Positions 51,865 through 64,000 of a stretch of DNA of 64,000 bases are shown here, piece by piece (within the stretch, counting starts at the first letter, position 1; each line of letters begins with the position of its first letter). The position numbers were made by a program, and so were the translations under genes. Location of the stretch: NCBI GenBank assembly GCA_028534125.1, contig CM052841.1, positions 40,176,001-40,240,000 of the forward strand, read 5' to 3'. The stretch is from Lama glama. Its lineage: Eukaryota. Below the pieces are notes generated by a model. It was not told the origin of the DNA. It did no database searches and worked only from the letters and a program-made list of their open reading frames with translations.

Positions 51865-52030
51865 AAGTTACGAGCCGCTGAACACCTGGCTGTGCCAGGC
51901 ACTGTCCTGAGCATTGGCTGCATGTCCTTCCTCATCCCCATGACACAGACAAGGTGACCGTATTCTACAGGACAGACATTGAGGCTCAGGCAGCTCAGAG
52001 TCCCCACTGGGACCACCTGTTCTAAAGTGG
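51865..52030 (-). mobile_element. MIR SINE fragment
   Basis: ctgaacacctggctgtgccaggcactgtcctgagca...attctacag...attgaggctcag. Confidence 0.6.
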
Positions 52031-52488
52031 TACAGACAGTGGCAGCTTGGTAAGGGCAGAAAGCAAAGGTGGTCCCAGGGATTTTGAAAAACCTTAAGAA
52101 GGAGGTGGCATTTCACAGGCTCTCAAGTCCTAGTGAAAGGAGGCCCCTTAAGGGCCAGGGAAGCCAGGGGGCCTGCCTAGTGAGACAGACAGTGAATGGG
52201 GCGGGGGGCAGGGTAGACTACACTCAAGAAAAGAAGGAAGATGCAGACAGGTGAAGACGACGGCCCCAGGAGAAAGCGCAATGGAGGCAGGGCAAGCACA
52301 AGCCAAGTTGTAGACAGGGGAAAGCTGGAGAGATTGTGAGGTAAAAATCAAAGCCTGTGAGTTGTCCTGAGCCCAGTGTTACTGAGGAAAGGAGATGGGA
52401 GTGGCTAGAAAAGGAAATGGGCTGGGCTATGGAGGGCCCTGAGTGCCAGGAGAGGGAGCAGGAAACTGCAAAATGTAGACCAGGAGTC

Positions 52489-52633
52489 NNNNNNNNNNNN
52501 NNNNNNNNNNNNNNNNNNNNNNNNNNNNNNNNNNNNNNNNNNNNNNNNNNNNNNNNNNNNNNNNNNNNNNNNNNNNNNNNNNNNNNNNNNNNNNNNNNNN
52601 NNNNNNNNNNNNNNNNNNNNNNNNNNNNNNNNN
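52489..52633. other. Assembly gap (145 N)
   Basis: Run of N. Confidence 1.
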
Positions 52634-54622
52634 AACACCAGGGTGTGGCAATCAGTTGCTGATGACCTGAAGGTCTGGCCTCCCAAACAATTAGGGCTCC
52701 ACCCTTTCAAGAAGTGGATGGAGGATGCCCAGGGCTCCAAAAGGAAAAACACATTCCTGCAAACAGCTCCCCAAAGCGGAAAAGCAAGCATTTCTCCAAG
52801 ATGAGGGGCAGAGGTCAGGCTGGTACTAGCACTCTCAGGTCAACCCTCAGAGGGGCGGGTGTCCCCCGACCCCTGTGTTACAGAGGCCAGACACAGTCCA
52901 GCCTTGTGTCTTCCGAGTACTGACGGACTATACTTATAAAGAAGGCTAGTCGCCCCACTGGTGTACTCTTCCAGTCTGCTGGGCACAGCAGGTCTCAGCT
53001 TCCAGAGGCCTCGGGCCACACTCTAATGTGATAAAGCCACAGGGAACAGACGTTCATGCCAGACCAACTCAACTACACCCCTCACAGAGCAGCACCACCT
53101 GCCCTTTCTCTTGGAACCTCCCAGAGTGAGCCTTGGAGGAGCCATGACCACACCTAAGTCCCTTCTCTACCTGAGCGGTCAGAAATCTGCACCTCAGACA
53201 GGCTGATTCGTTCAGCCAAGGTCTGGGAGATTCAACTCTCAACACACTTCAAGAATTACTGAGTGCTGAGTGCATGAGGTGTGCCAGTGTCAGTGCTAAG
53301 TGCTTTGCCTCCATATTCTCATTCAGTTCTCACAGCACCTCTACAAGGGGTACTGTTGGCATCACCACTTTAAAGATGGTCACACGGTAAGCCAGTGATG
53401 GAGGCAGCCTTGCTCCAAAGCCCACACTCTTAACCACGCAGCTGTCTGCACCACTTTTCCAACACCAGTTGGTACTCCCTCCACTCCACCAGGTCCAAAA
53501 TAACATGAACATGTTCAGGTAGGCAGGGGAAGCAAGCACTGGAAGAGCTGAGTCCTAGCTCCAGCTGCTGGTCCTAGCTTCACCGTACTGAGTGATGCAA
53601 GGCAGGTGACTTCCTCCCTCTAGTCATCAGTTTGCTCATTTGTCAGGGTAACTTGGGTCATCTTGGGGTTTATCTGACTAGGACCACACATAGGTCCCTA
53701 TAGGAATCATTAGGCAGCCTGGAAGGAAAGCAAAGGGCGGCATCAAGAGGAAGAGATCTGCCCATCAAGGACTTATTTAAGCACATTCTAGATCTGTAGA
53801 GGGGTGGCCAACATATGCTGTTGGTCCCAGGTTAGCTGGACCTAAGCAAGTGATTATAAACTGGCATTGGGTGCAGGGTGCCAGCCTCCCAGGGCAGAGC
53901 CAGGGCCCCTTTCCAGGCATGACCCTTCCCTCTACTTGTACCTAATAGCACCCCTTGCCACGTGCCAGATTTGCAGCCAAATTGGTTAGACCCCAGCCAT
54001 ACCCATCTGGTGGTGGCGGCAGCCCTGGGGCTGGTCACTGGGTCACTGCCTCATGCTGAGGGGGGTTGCTGGCATCATGCCCTGTGCCCAGCACAGCTGT
54101 CCAGTCGGAAGTGACTTGCTGAGATCTGGCAAGCTCTCTACCCCAGCCTTTCTTGCTTTGGAACTGCTTCAAGAGAGGAATTAATCCCCCTGGGGACTGG
54201 TAGACAACCTCAGCCTTCTGTACAGTGATGAGGAGGCTGCCGGCTTGAGACCACCAGCCTGGCCCTCCGCTCACCGGCTGTGTGACCCTGGTCAGCTGCC
54301 TGATCCCCCGGGGCTAAGATTCCTCGCAGGTGAGGTGGGAGGGGGTGAAGCAGATGGTCTCGGAGGTCTTTCTGGCTGCAGAGTTCCTCAGTCTGATTCT
54401 ATGAAGAGTGGATGTTCGCACAGACTTCTTCTTCCAGTGCTGTGGCACCAGCACATGAAGGAAGAGGGGACACACACGGGACCAGCCATCCTACAGTGTG
54501 TGGGGTTCCCAACCTCGCACCCTAACCACGTTCCAGCAAACTCCTCCAAAACTCAACCCCAATATTCAATGAGAACCTCTACTGAGAAGCTCTACTCCAG
54601 CACAAAGTTGTGCTTTCCTGCC

Positions 54623-55158
54623 TGTGATTGATTTAATGTGTCAACTTGAGCGGGTCACAGGGTGTCCAGATACTTGGTCAAACATTATTCTGGGTACTTC
54701 TGTGAAGGTGTTTTGAAATGAGACTACTGTTTAAATCCGTGGACTGAGTAAAGCAGACTGCTCTCCCTAATGTGGTGGGCCTTGTCCAACAGTTGAAGGC
54801 CTGAATAGAACAATAAAAGCTGACCCTCCCCTAATAAAGAGAGAATTCTTCCTGCCTGACAGCATTTGTACTGGGACATCAATTTTTTTTCCCCTGCCTT
54901 CAGGCTTGAACTGAAACATTGGCTCTTCCTGGGTCTTGAGCCTGGTGGCTTTTGGACTAGAAATAATTCATTAGCTCTCCTGGTTCTCAGGCCTTCAAGC
55001 TTGGATTGAAACTAAACCACAGGCTCTTCCTGATCTCCAGTTTGCTGACTTACCCTGCAGATCCTGGGACCTGCTGGTCTCCATAATCACAAGAGCCAGT
55101 TCCTTACAATAAATCTCTCTTATTGGTTCTGTTTCTCTGGAGAACCTTCACTTATTCA
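54623..55158 (+). mobile_element. MLT2 (ERVL) solo LTR, MLT2B-like, apparently full length
   Basis: TG...CA termini. Characteristic blocks: atgtgtcaacttga, tggtcaaacattattctggg, ggactgagtaaagcaga, ccataatcac...gagcca, aataaatctctc, tattggttctgtttctctggagaacc. TGCC flanks both ends (54619-54622, 55159-55162). Confidence 0.88.
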
Positions 55159-56639
55159 TGCCTCTATGACAAGCCCTTCCCCACATGCCTACCACGTGCT
55201 CCTAGGATGGGCTGCTTGTCTGTCCCACTCCTCAAACAGTTCTGCAAAGACTGCGCAACAACACAGAAGCTGGGACTATAAGCAAACCTCTTTATCACAA
55301 TGCAGAGGGCACCTGTCAATTTTCTTGAACCTGAAGAACTAGGGACACAGCCAAGCATCAGCTCCCTAAGAAGGACCTGCAATTCCACCTTTAGGAGACC
55401 TCACAACAGCAAAGCCACTGCAAGACTGGGGATCTTACAGAGGATCCCTCCTTGGCCCAGAAGTGACCACCTGCTAAGGGCCAACCCAAACTTGACAAAA
55501 AAGACCAACAGCAAGACTCCCTCATTCCATATTAGCACTTTCTGGTCCACAAAGTCCTTTGTGTTACTTGGTTCTTATAACCATCCGATGGTAAACAGAT
55601 CTTGGTGAGCAGAGCCAGCATGCCCATTTAGTGGGGCAAACAGGAAACCCAGTATTGAAGGGACCTGGCAAAGTCAGAATGACAAATCTGCACAGGTCCT
55701 ACTCCACTGGTCTTTCCAACTTTACCTTTACATCTTGGTGCCACAGGATAAAAAAAAACCCAATTGTTTTTGCCTTTTTGAAAGAGGAGTGGGTAAGGGG
55801 AAGGTGTGTGTGAGGTGCTACACACAAGAATTAGGAACCTGAAAGCTACCACTATTCAGAATAGCCTTCAAGTGGCTCTTTCCTGCCAACAGCTATCACA
55901 GATTACACCATCCCTATGACCATCTCAAGAATTTTTGGATGGAAGCATCTGGATAATGAATGCTTTTATGCTGGCAAACACAAGAACAATTCCTCTCAGG
56001 GCCCTAAAAAGGTGCCCTGAAGAGACTCCGTCTGTGTGAAAGGCGCCATCAATGCCTGGAACCCGAGAGCAGAGGCACCGTGAGATGTGGGGGAGATGGC
56101 CTTCTCACCACTGGTGGCCTTTTCCAACTGGCTCCCCTCTAGGAGCCCCGAAACCCTAAGTCTCAGTTTCTGTTCAGATTGGGAGCCCATGTACTGAACC
56201 CCCACGGTGTGCAAGGAGTGGTGCAGCAGCTCAAAGATCAATCTGACACTGTCACCAGCACTTCCCTTCAAAAAGCTAGGATGGTGCTTAACCATCCCCC
56301 CCACCTCCACCCGCACACCCTCAGTGTTGGTGGTGAGTGTTCCTCAGCCCAGGGCCCCTGAGGTGCTACCACGTTCTACTCACTTGCACACTTGGCCCCC
56401 ACCCCCGCTCTAGCTTCTGAGTGCCAAGCTCAAGTCCAATCCATCTTGACACAGCCCCCTCTCTGTGATTCCTAGCACAGAACGTGGCTCCACAGATGCT
56501 CTGTAAATAGTGGTTGAAAGAACAATGTAAACAGTCCCTTGCAAATTTAGAATTTAGCACAGAAAAAAAAATAAATATTTTTAAAACATCTGTCTACCTT
56601 AGGAAGAGAATTGAATTCATAGACTGGTGAAGACAGTAT

Positions 56640-57130
56640 AAACTGGAAATGGCCTTTTCAGAGATAAAATTGGTGAATCCAACTAAAATTAAATAGCCTA
56701 TGGCTTGAAGTTCCACTTCTGGAAATCAATTCTACAGAAATATCCAGACCCACAAGCAGAAATAAATGTACAAGGGCCTTTACTGCAGAACATAAGAACG
56801 GAAAACTCGAAACAAGTTAGAAGTCTACAAATAGGGGAATGACTGAATACACCGTGTTCCAGCCATATTAGAGAATCATTTGAAAAGACTAATGACCTTG
56901 GACAAGATCTCTGATAGAGAACGATGTTTAGTAGGAGAGCGTTTATGTAGGAAGTAATGTTGGTAGTATGTAGAGATGCGTATTTCTGTAAGCCAATGGG
57001 AAAAGGGTGAAATGAATACACAACAAATTATTAATGACAATTCTTGTCTCTGAAGAGAGAGTTCACTTTTCATTTTCTATGTGCCTGTACTTCGAATTTC
57101 CCTACCCAGAGCACATATTTTTTAAAATCT
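56640..57130 (+). mobile_element. Ancient L1 (L1ME/L1MC-like) 3' fragment
   Basis: ttccacttctggaaatcaattctacagaaata...atgtacaagg...tttactgcag...aaataggggaatgactgaata. Confidence 0.55.
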
Positions 57131-57204
57131 ATTTCTTATTTAATGTTTTTTAAAGGAAACTTCACGTGCAGACGTGGCACATGCAACTATCCTCTTCATT
57201 ATCG

Positions 57205-57330
57205 TCATTGTTCGTGACAGCACTTGTTCAGTGTCTACTGTGAACCAGGCGCTGTGCCAGCGACTTGGTATGAATCCCAGGACAGATGAGGAAACCGAGG
57301 CAGCGACAGGAAGAGTAGGTAAGTGCGGCC
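57205..57330 (-). mobile_element. MIR SINE fragment
   Basis: cagcacttgttcagtgtctactgtgaaccaggcgctgtgc...acagatgaggaaaccgaggca. Confidence 0.6.
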
Positions 57331-60029
57331 GTGCAGCAGATGTTCCACATCTGCTGTCCTCAGAGCCAGTGCGCCCTGTCCTCCCCGCTCCCTGCTTGCT
57401 CTCGGGAACCACTACGGCGATGGAATTCCCCCCTCGTCTTCTGCTCAGCGTTCCCGTGGAACAGGCTTCAGATCAACAGCTTCTGCTTCTGTGACTGTTT
57501 TGAAACAATTTCATGTCATGTTTACATATTTCAAGTTTAGGAAATAGAGTTTGGAGGAGATGATGTTTTGTTTTTTAACTCTAAGATGTACATTTTGATT
57601 ATAACACAGTCCCCCAAACATGCCCTGGTCATTCATGGAGGCACTAATTATTTAAAGACACATTAAAGAACTGCAGTTACAGAACTTGGCACCACGAACC
57701 ACCAAAGTTTTCCCAAAACACAGCTACGAGGACAGGCCTGATCACGACTCGGGACCCATGGTTTCACTGCAAAGGGCCCCCACTCTCCCTGGGGCTTGTT
57801 ATCCTTTCTTGTAAGTGACGAGTCAAAGCAATTCCCATCCATCAACATTGATCAGCAAGCTGCGAACCAAAAACCAACCTAAGATGGGTGATAACAAAGA
57901 GGTTATCCTTTTGAGGGGCAGGTGCTCAGGGAAGCAGATCTAGACCTCAACACCCAGTTAAGGTGACCCCCTGCCAAGGGCATCAGAAGGGATTACAAGC
58001 AGCTTGACAAGTTCTTATTCGTAGCATTGAGACAGGATTCCAGCTCCAACACAAGAAGGGTGCTTCAGGAAATGAACTGAGAGTCCTGATCCTGAAAATC
58101 CACACGGCGAGAAAGGGTGAGGGAGGAGGTCTGGATACCACAACCTGCCTCACCGGTTCATTCTTTCACTCACTCGCCTACTGAACACCCGTGTTGCTGG
58201 TTTATGCTGGTTTATGGAAATGCTGATCAGTCAAGCCTGGTCCCTGCCCTAGAGAAGCTCACAGCCTAAAACACAGTCTTCTCTGGGGCTGGGTAGTTAC
58301 TTGTATCGTCTGCTTAAGTACCAGCAGGCTGAGCGCTCACGGTTTAGTGGTGAGGCAGTGGGGAGCCATGGAAGGCTTCTGAGAAGGCCAAGGGATGAGC
58401 AGGGCCCCGGGTCTGCCCCACCTCACCTTATCGCGTGCTGGGGGCTGGGCTGGCCAGGTCCCTGGGGGCCTCAAGACTGCATTCTCACTGCTGCCTTGCC
58501 ACTGAATGCAGGGTGGCATAAATGAGCTAAACGATGACAACATGCTGTATCAACCACAGGTCCTGTTGCAGGTGTTATCTGTGGGATGCCCATAAGCCAG
58601 AATCAAATGCTACAAGTGCAAGAGACGGAACTAGGGTCTGGAGGGCATCAGACCCTACGTATGTGTGTGCACTTACATTTATAAACACACATACATACAC
58701 ATACATGTACATACACACGAAGGGTCACATGCTCACGTGCTAGACCCTTTAGCAGCCTATTGCTCCGGCCCCTCAGAGCCCCCATACCACCCGGGTCAGT
58801 AGGTTTTCTCTGCAGAGTTGTGGTGGGGGTGGGGCATAGGGATCAAAAGCACTTCTTATCAGGTGTGTCCATGTGAGTGCCTCAGCCAGGAGCCAGGGGC
58901 ACCTGGGGTAAGTGACAGGTGAAAAGACTTTTATAAAATGACAAGCAGCAGCCCATGTGACAAGAGACACTCGAGGTTTGCTGAAGACTCCTCTTTTTCC
59001 TGGAACGAGATGAGGCTTAGCACTTGCCTTTGGATTAAGTCTTGAGACCCAGTGAATGAGAACTGGGAGGGAGGGTGGGGCGGGAAAGAAAGCCTGTTTG
59101 AGTGTGTATTAAATTAGAAGAAAAAAGAAATCACAGGAAGAAAAATGAACAAATCTAAAAATAAGGCAGCTCCAACATTATTGCTAGATAGAAAATATAA
59201 CCCCTGCTAGGTAGAGAAGCCAAAACGGTATGAAAGAGAAAATATAAAGTTCCCACCTAAAAATAACTGGAGTACTAACACAGACTCACCGTTGAGAAAT
59301 ATGCAATTTCTGAAATGAGCCCGAGACTGCAGTCTCACTTGGTAGGGAGGGGTTGCCACTGTCTGGAATTTAAGGTTCTCTTCCAACTATGAAGCTGGCA
59401 ATAGAGAACAGAGATCAATTCAAGAGCATTCCTAGCCATTTGCTAGAAGACCTGCAGAAAACCCAGACAAGCAGAGACCTGGGGTGCAATGGGCAGAACT
59501 TGGGCTGGGGGTCAGAAGCCTGGCTGAGCTCACTGCCAGCAGACCCTAGGCTCCTTGCAGCTTCCTAGTCTGTCAAGTGACTAAATGTTAGGCAGCAGAT
59601 TGACCTTGGTTGTTCATTTATTTACTAAATAACCTCTTTTCATACCGTTCCTTTGTTTTTACGTTCTACATTTATATATGGTTGTAGCAACCCAGTAGCA
59701 CAGCAGAGTAAATAGTGTCCACAGAATCTGGTTTTGACTCTCAAATCCAGGCCACTTCCGAGCTGTGTGACCCTGGCAAATCCTCCAACCTCTCTGGGCC
59801 TCTAGCCCAAATGACGCCACTCGAGCAAGTGAAGGGTGCTGGGCGTGAAAACAGTATTGTCTTCTGCCCCACCCTGCACTCCAGCATGTTTCAAACCTTG
59901 ACCGTCTTGGAATAAATGCAAATACAATTCAAACGATGAACCTCCTACCTCCCCTAATAATGCAGTGCTTCAATCCCAGGTACCAAACATGCTGGCAACT
60001 CTAATAGACTGGTGTGCACATCTTGGAAC

Positions 60030-60235
60030 CAGACTTGGAAGTCTCAGGTTCAAGACCTGGCTCTGCCATTTACCAGCTCCCACCCTTTGGGGTGACTTGC
60101 CCCAGTAGAGCCTCGGTATCCTCTGTTTCGGAGTGGGGAGAATACTACTATAAGCTCCATGGGGCTGTTAAAAAATAATGTCAGACAAAGGATATAAAAA
60201 AAGCCTTGTAAACCATAAAACTCCATGCAGATGTT
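60030..60235 (+). mobile_element. MIR SINE
   Basis: ggttcaagacctggctctgccatttaccagct...gagcctcggtatcctctgt...ggggagaatacta. Confidence 0.6.
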
Positions 60236-62519
60236 ACAGATTAGCATGGCACATACATACATGTGCACAGATAGATACACAGCCTTATTTCTAGCTGACA
60301 TCTGGTATAGATGACTCGCCATTCCATCAGTTTATGTCCACAAGGAGAAGACTTCCCATTTCATTTTTTTTGTAATATCAGTCATGTACTGAGCCTTTCA
60401 CAGATGCTGAACAAACAGAATCAACTCCTATCTCACTATTCAATATTTTCCATATTTATCCCCAAAAGGAAGAATCCTACACTGTGTGACAAGGTTCTGA
60501 AAAGACACGATCTGATTTCAGGGTTTAGAAACATAACTTTTTTTTGCATGGCACCTACCCCTGAACAATTTGGAAATACTCTGGGAAAAGGAGTGCTTTA
60601 TGTTATATACAAAGCCCCCAATAACTGGAACCAAAGCTTTCCTCCAAGCGTTTCATTAAGTATATCATCTGCTCGCGTTTGGCACTTTTCCACTAGCTGG
60701 GAACCTACAAAAACTGATGTGGTATGACAGCCGAGTTGGTGCTGCCAGACAAGCTTCCTCACTGGCTCGGAAACGGGGGTGGGGGTGGCGAGAGGGGAAG
60801 GAATGGGGGAGGGGTGGCAGCTGTCACATTACAGCTGCCGCCACGCAGACATGCATGCACTTCAGATTTCACTCACGTCCCCCAGATGGAGGCACCGGCC
60901 ACAGGCCACATGACCGCCAGGGCTCCATGCTCATCCCCGTCCTGGTGAGACAAAGAGGCTGTGCCTCGCCAGAGACATCCTGTCCTCCCTAGGTACTTCG
61001 CAACCACTCTTTAGGACAAGCTCTCCTCTGGTGTTTAAACCTGTTGGCCTCAGGGCCCCAGACCCCAACCACCTGCCCACCACTGACTCAGAGAAGGCTC
61101 TTCTGTTCTGAGTCTTCCTGACAACTGAGTGGGGCTGGCTACCGCAACCTTCGGCAGTCCTTGGCCGCCAGTCTGTAAAAATGTACCCCTGCTGGTGGTG
61201 ATCACAGTGTGCTCCAAGCCTGGGGAAGAGAACAGGGCCTCAGGAGTCCCACTGAGGAGTCTTCTGTCCCCAAAGTCCATGAAAATCTCATTCACCCTTG
61301 GAGGAAGCCTCCCAATGCCTGGCTTGCTTTCCTCACTGAGGAGGTCAAGGATATTAACAGTGAGGGTAACACTGTAGAGGGCAGGGAAGGGGGAGTAGAG
61401 AGAAGAGAGGTGCTCAAAATTTTCTTGCCTGCTCCATAGAGAAGGACACTGTCGTAGGACCCTCGACTGCACTCCCTACATCTGCCAGGATGTCAGGAAT
61501 GGCTCAAGACTAATTGTTCTAAGAGCCAAATCATCATCTTAGGCAGATGTCTTTCAACATCCAATTGGCTGACATCCAACAATTCTACACAATAGGTCAA
61601 ATCGTTCTGTTTCCTGGGGGTTAATTTGCAACTAATTTCTCTTACAGGGTTCACTAGGAAGCTCCTGCTGTTTAAAATGAGATGTGCTGGGGTGCTTTAT
61701 GGAGATTTTTCTATGTAGTGAACAACCTGGAATGGCTGTTTTGGAAAATGCCTGAGCTGGAGTGACTGCAGCCATTCTGTGTCCCCACAGTCAGCCACGG
61801 TCTGCAGGTGGGAGCAGATGCAGGGTGGGCCACCTGTCCACAAGCATCTCAATTTTTAGGAATATCTGAAGCCCAATTCTGCCCTCATGCCCTAGGAGAG
61901 CTCCCCAGGTTCTCGCCTGCATGACAGTCTTCAAGCTCAGCTGGGGCTCCCAGGGAAACCTGCTCAGGAGGGAGAATGGCCTTGCAGTCTGGACACTGGC
62001 TGGATCCCCATCCCCTGAATGCTGGACATGTTCCGAGTCACAAAGTCAGCACATTCACTGTGTGCCAGACCCTGGGCCAAGGTCACTGCCTGCTCCCCAC
62101 TCCATGCACTCTGCCACCACCAGCAATGACCTCTCCTTTCAGCTCCCAAAGCCCTTTGAGACCAGGCTTAGAACTCACCTCGTTCAAGTGCTGCCCCTGA
62201 CCACCCCGGGGAGGCATCTTGCCCCTCTGCCGCCTGCTCTAGCACTGATTATCTGTCCCTTTCATGTCAGTTACTCATGCAAGGCCTCAAGACATTTCTT
62301 CCAGTGCTGGTGTTAACTGCCATGTGACTCTGTGTCCTCAGCTTCTTATCCTGGACTGATTTTCCAACTCGACTTCAGTTTTAGAGCAGAGGCTCAAAGG
62401 GATCAATCTGTGTGTCCCATGAGGCCCAGCGCCCACCTGGTACCAGCAGGGAGATCTCAATGAGGTTGAGATGATGCAGAGGAAAGATGAGCTGATGGTT
62501 GGGAAGTGAGTGAGGGGCA

Positions 62520-63050
62520 GGTTACAGTTCAATATCTCCCAACAGTCCTTGGGGGTAAAGCCCAAACTCCTTCCAGATGTTCGGCAAGCCCTCTGTGAAC
62601 TGGCCACCAAACTCCCTGCGGCCCTCATCTCCCTACGTGCCCTCCACAAGCCTTGAAGCTGCAGCCACACCAGCTACCTGGGGAGGCTTTCTTCTCTGGG
62701 TTTTGCACAGGCTGTCTCTACCCCTCCTCCACACAGCGCCCACCTTTGTGCTTCCTCAGGTCCCAGTTGAGCACCTGTGAGAACACTGGTGGGTCCCTTC
62801 CTCCCGGCCTGCTCATCTGTCAAGACTTGAGTCAAACTTTAACTCTTGGGAAGCCTTTCCTGCGTCCTCCTCCCTTGGAACCCAAGTGACTGTGCCATCT
62901 TGGTGAGGACTGCATCCCCCCCAACCCCGAAGTAAACTCCAAGATACTCTGGTGCCTGACCTGGGTCCATGGCTACTACCAGGGTCTTGTTTATGTCAGT
63001 GTCCTTGGTGTCTGGCATGGGGGTCACAAAATGGCCACTAAATGGACAAA
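62520..63050 (+). mobile_element. LINE-2 fragment
   Basis: taaagcccaaactcctt...caagccctctgtgaactggcc...gggaagcctttcctg...tgtctggcatgg. Confidence 0.5.
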
Positions 63051-64000
63051 ATGTTCCTGAAGTCCTGCCAGCCCACCCTTCCCCCAGCCATCTCTTTGTG
63101 GCTGACCTGAAAGGCTAAGGAGATGGTGTGTGACACCAGCCTCCTCCTGCCCCTCTAAGGCCCACTACCCCTTGGCCCACGCCCAGAGTCCTGTGCCTTT
63201 CACGTGGCAGAGAGAGGGAGGCTGAGACTCTGCTCCTTTACCCCACAGCTGACGGTCAGTCTGTCCAGAGTGGACTAGAGCTTCTCCCTGTGTGACAAGG
63301 GCAAGTGAGAGAAGGGACAATAGGGCTGTGGGGGCCTGAGGTCACACAGGAGCCCCCTGAGGGGCAGAGGGCCCTGACATGGGGGTGCAGACAATGGGAG
63401 TCATGTTTCCTCCTGGCTTCTGGTACCCACCAAGTACAACAAAGCCAGCAGAGACGGGAGGCAGGCAAGCCATGTGACAGACACTCGCCTTAGAGCTCCT
63501 TTCCCTTGTAAAGGGACACCTCGCTCACCTACCTTCTTGTAAAGGGAAACACGATGGGGATATAGAGTGTTCCTGTTGCTCCGAGATCTCAGAGTTATGA
63601 CTCCAAGGCACCGGTGACCAGTAGCCTGCAGCTTGGAGGGAGAGGGGAACACTAGGGCCAGGGTCAGCCAAGGCCTGCACTTTCCAACCACAAACGGCTC
63701 CATAAACTGTAAACTCTCCCAAACCGCAGACACCCCAGAGACGCGCCACATCTCCCCCAGAGTGAGCGAACTGTCTCTGCATCGCCTGTTTTCACACTCA
63801 GGAGAGCACGTGCTCCCAGTCTCAAAATCATTATTTGTGTGTGAGTGCTCATTTTTCAGGGATAAACAGGAGATCCAATGGTCTAACTGATTATTACATT
63901 TGCAGCCATCAAACCAACTTCAAAGGCAAGTCTCAGACGTGTGCAGAGGAAAGGCCTGTTTTTATTCCATTTTCAACAAGAGCTATTCCTGAGTGCCGGG

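Larger units (their letters stand above)
44119..64000 (-). other. SHB: SHB intron (probable intron 2), partial
   Basis: Acceptor at 44119. No upstream SHB exon or CpG-island promoter was recognised up to the right edge. Confidence 0.8.

Noticed and set aside
59224-59649. Inverted 12-mer AACGGTATGAAA / TTTCATACCGTT about 400 bp apart
   Set aside because: A few such nearby 12-bp matches are expected by chance in 64 kb, and a second shared word is not nested, so there is no extended stem.

Overview
This is mammalian genomic DNA, not prokaryotic. It is most likely camelid, based on a tRNA-derived Vic-1-like SINE and a cetartiodactyl-type L1 3' end. The window lies inside SHB (SH2 domain-containing adaptor protein B) on the minus strand. 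Three internal coding exons splice in frame with canonical GT-AG boundaries: 44118-43903 (216 nt), 29004-28833 (172 nt) and 22865-22746 (120 nt). They encode the YxxP-rich linker and the N-terminal half of the SH2 domain. By my recollection of the six-exon human gene these are exons 3-5; the upstream exons and the last exon were not found in the window. The rest is intron: ancient repeats (MIR, L2, L1M, MER5, MER20, MER113-like, an MLT2 solo LTR), two younger insertions, four N gaps and several repeat-free motif-rich blocks that may be enhancers. Almost all ORFs in the supplied track are spurious. I found no convincing novel biological system. The best leads are a candidate smORF or alternative last exon in intron 5, exon-phase routes to SH2-less isoforms, and a few candidate regulatory elements. 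Repeat boundaries are by eye and approximate unless a TSD is given.
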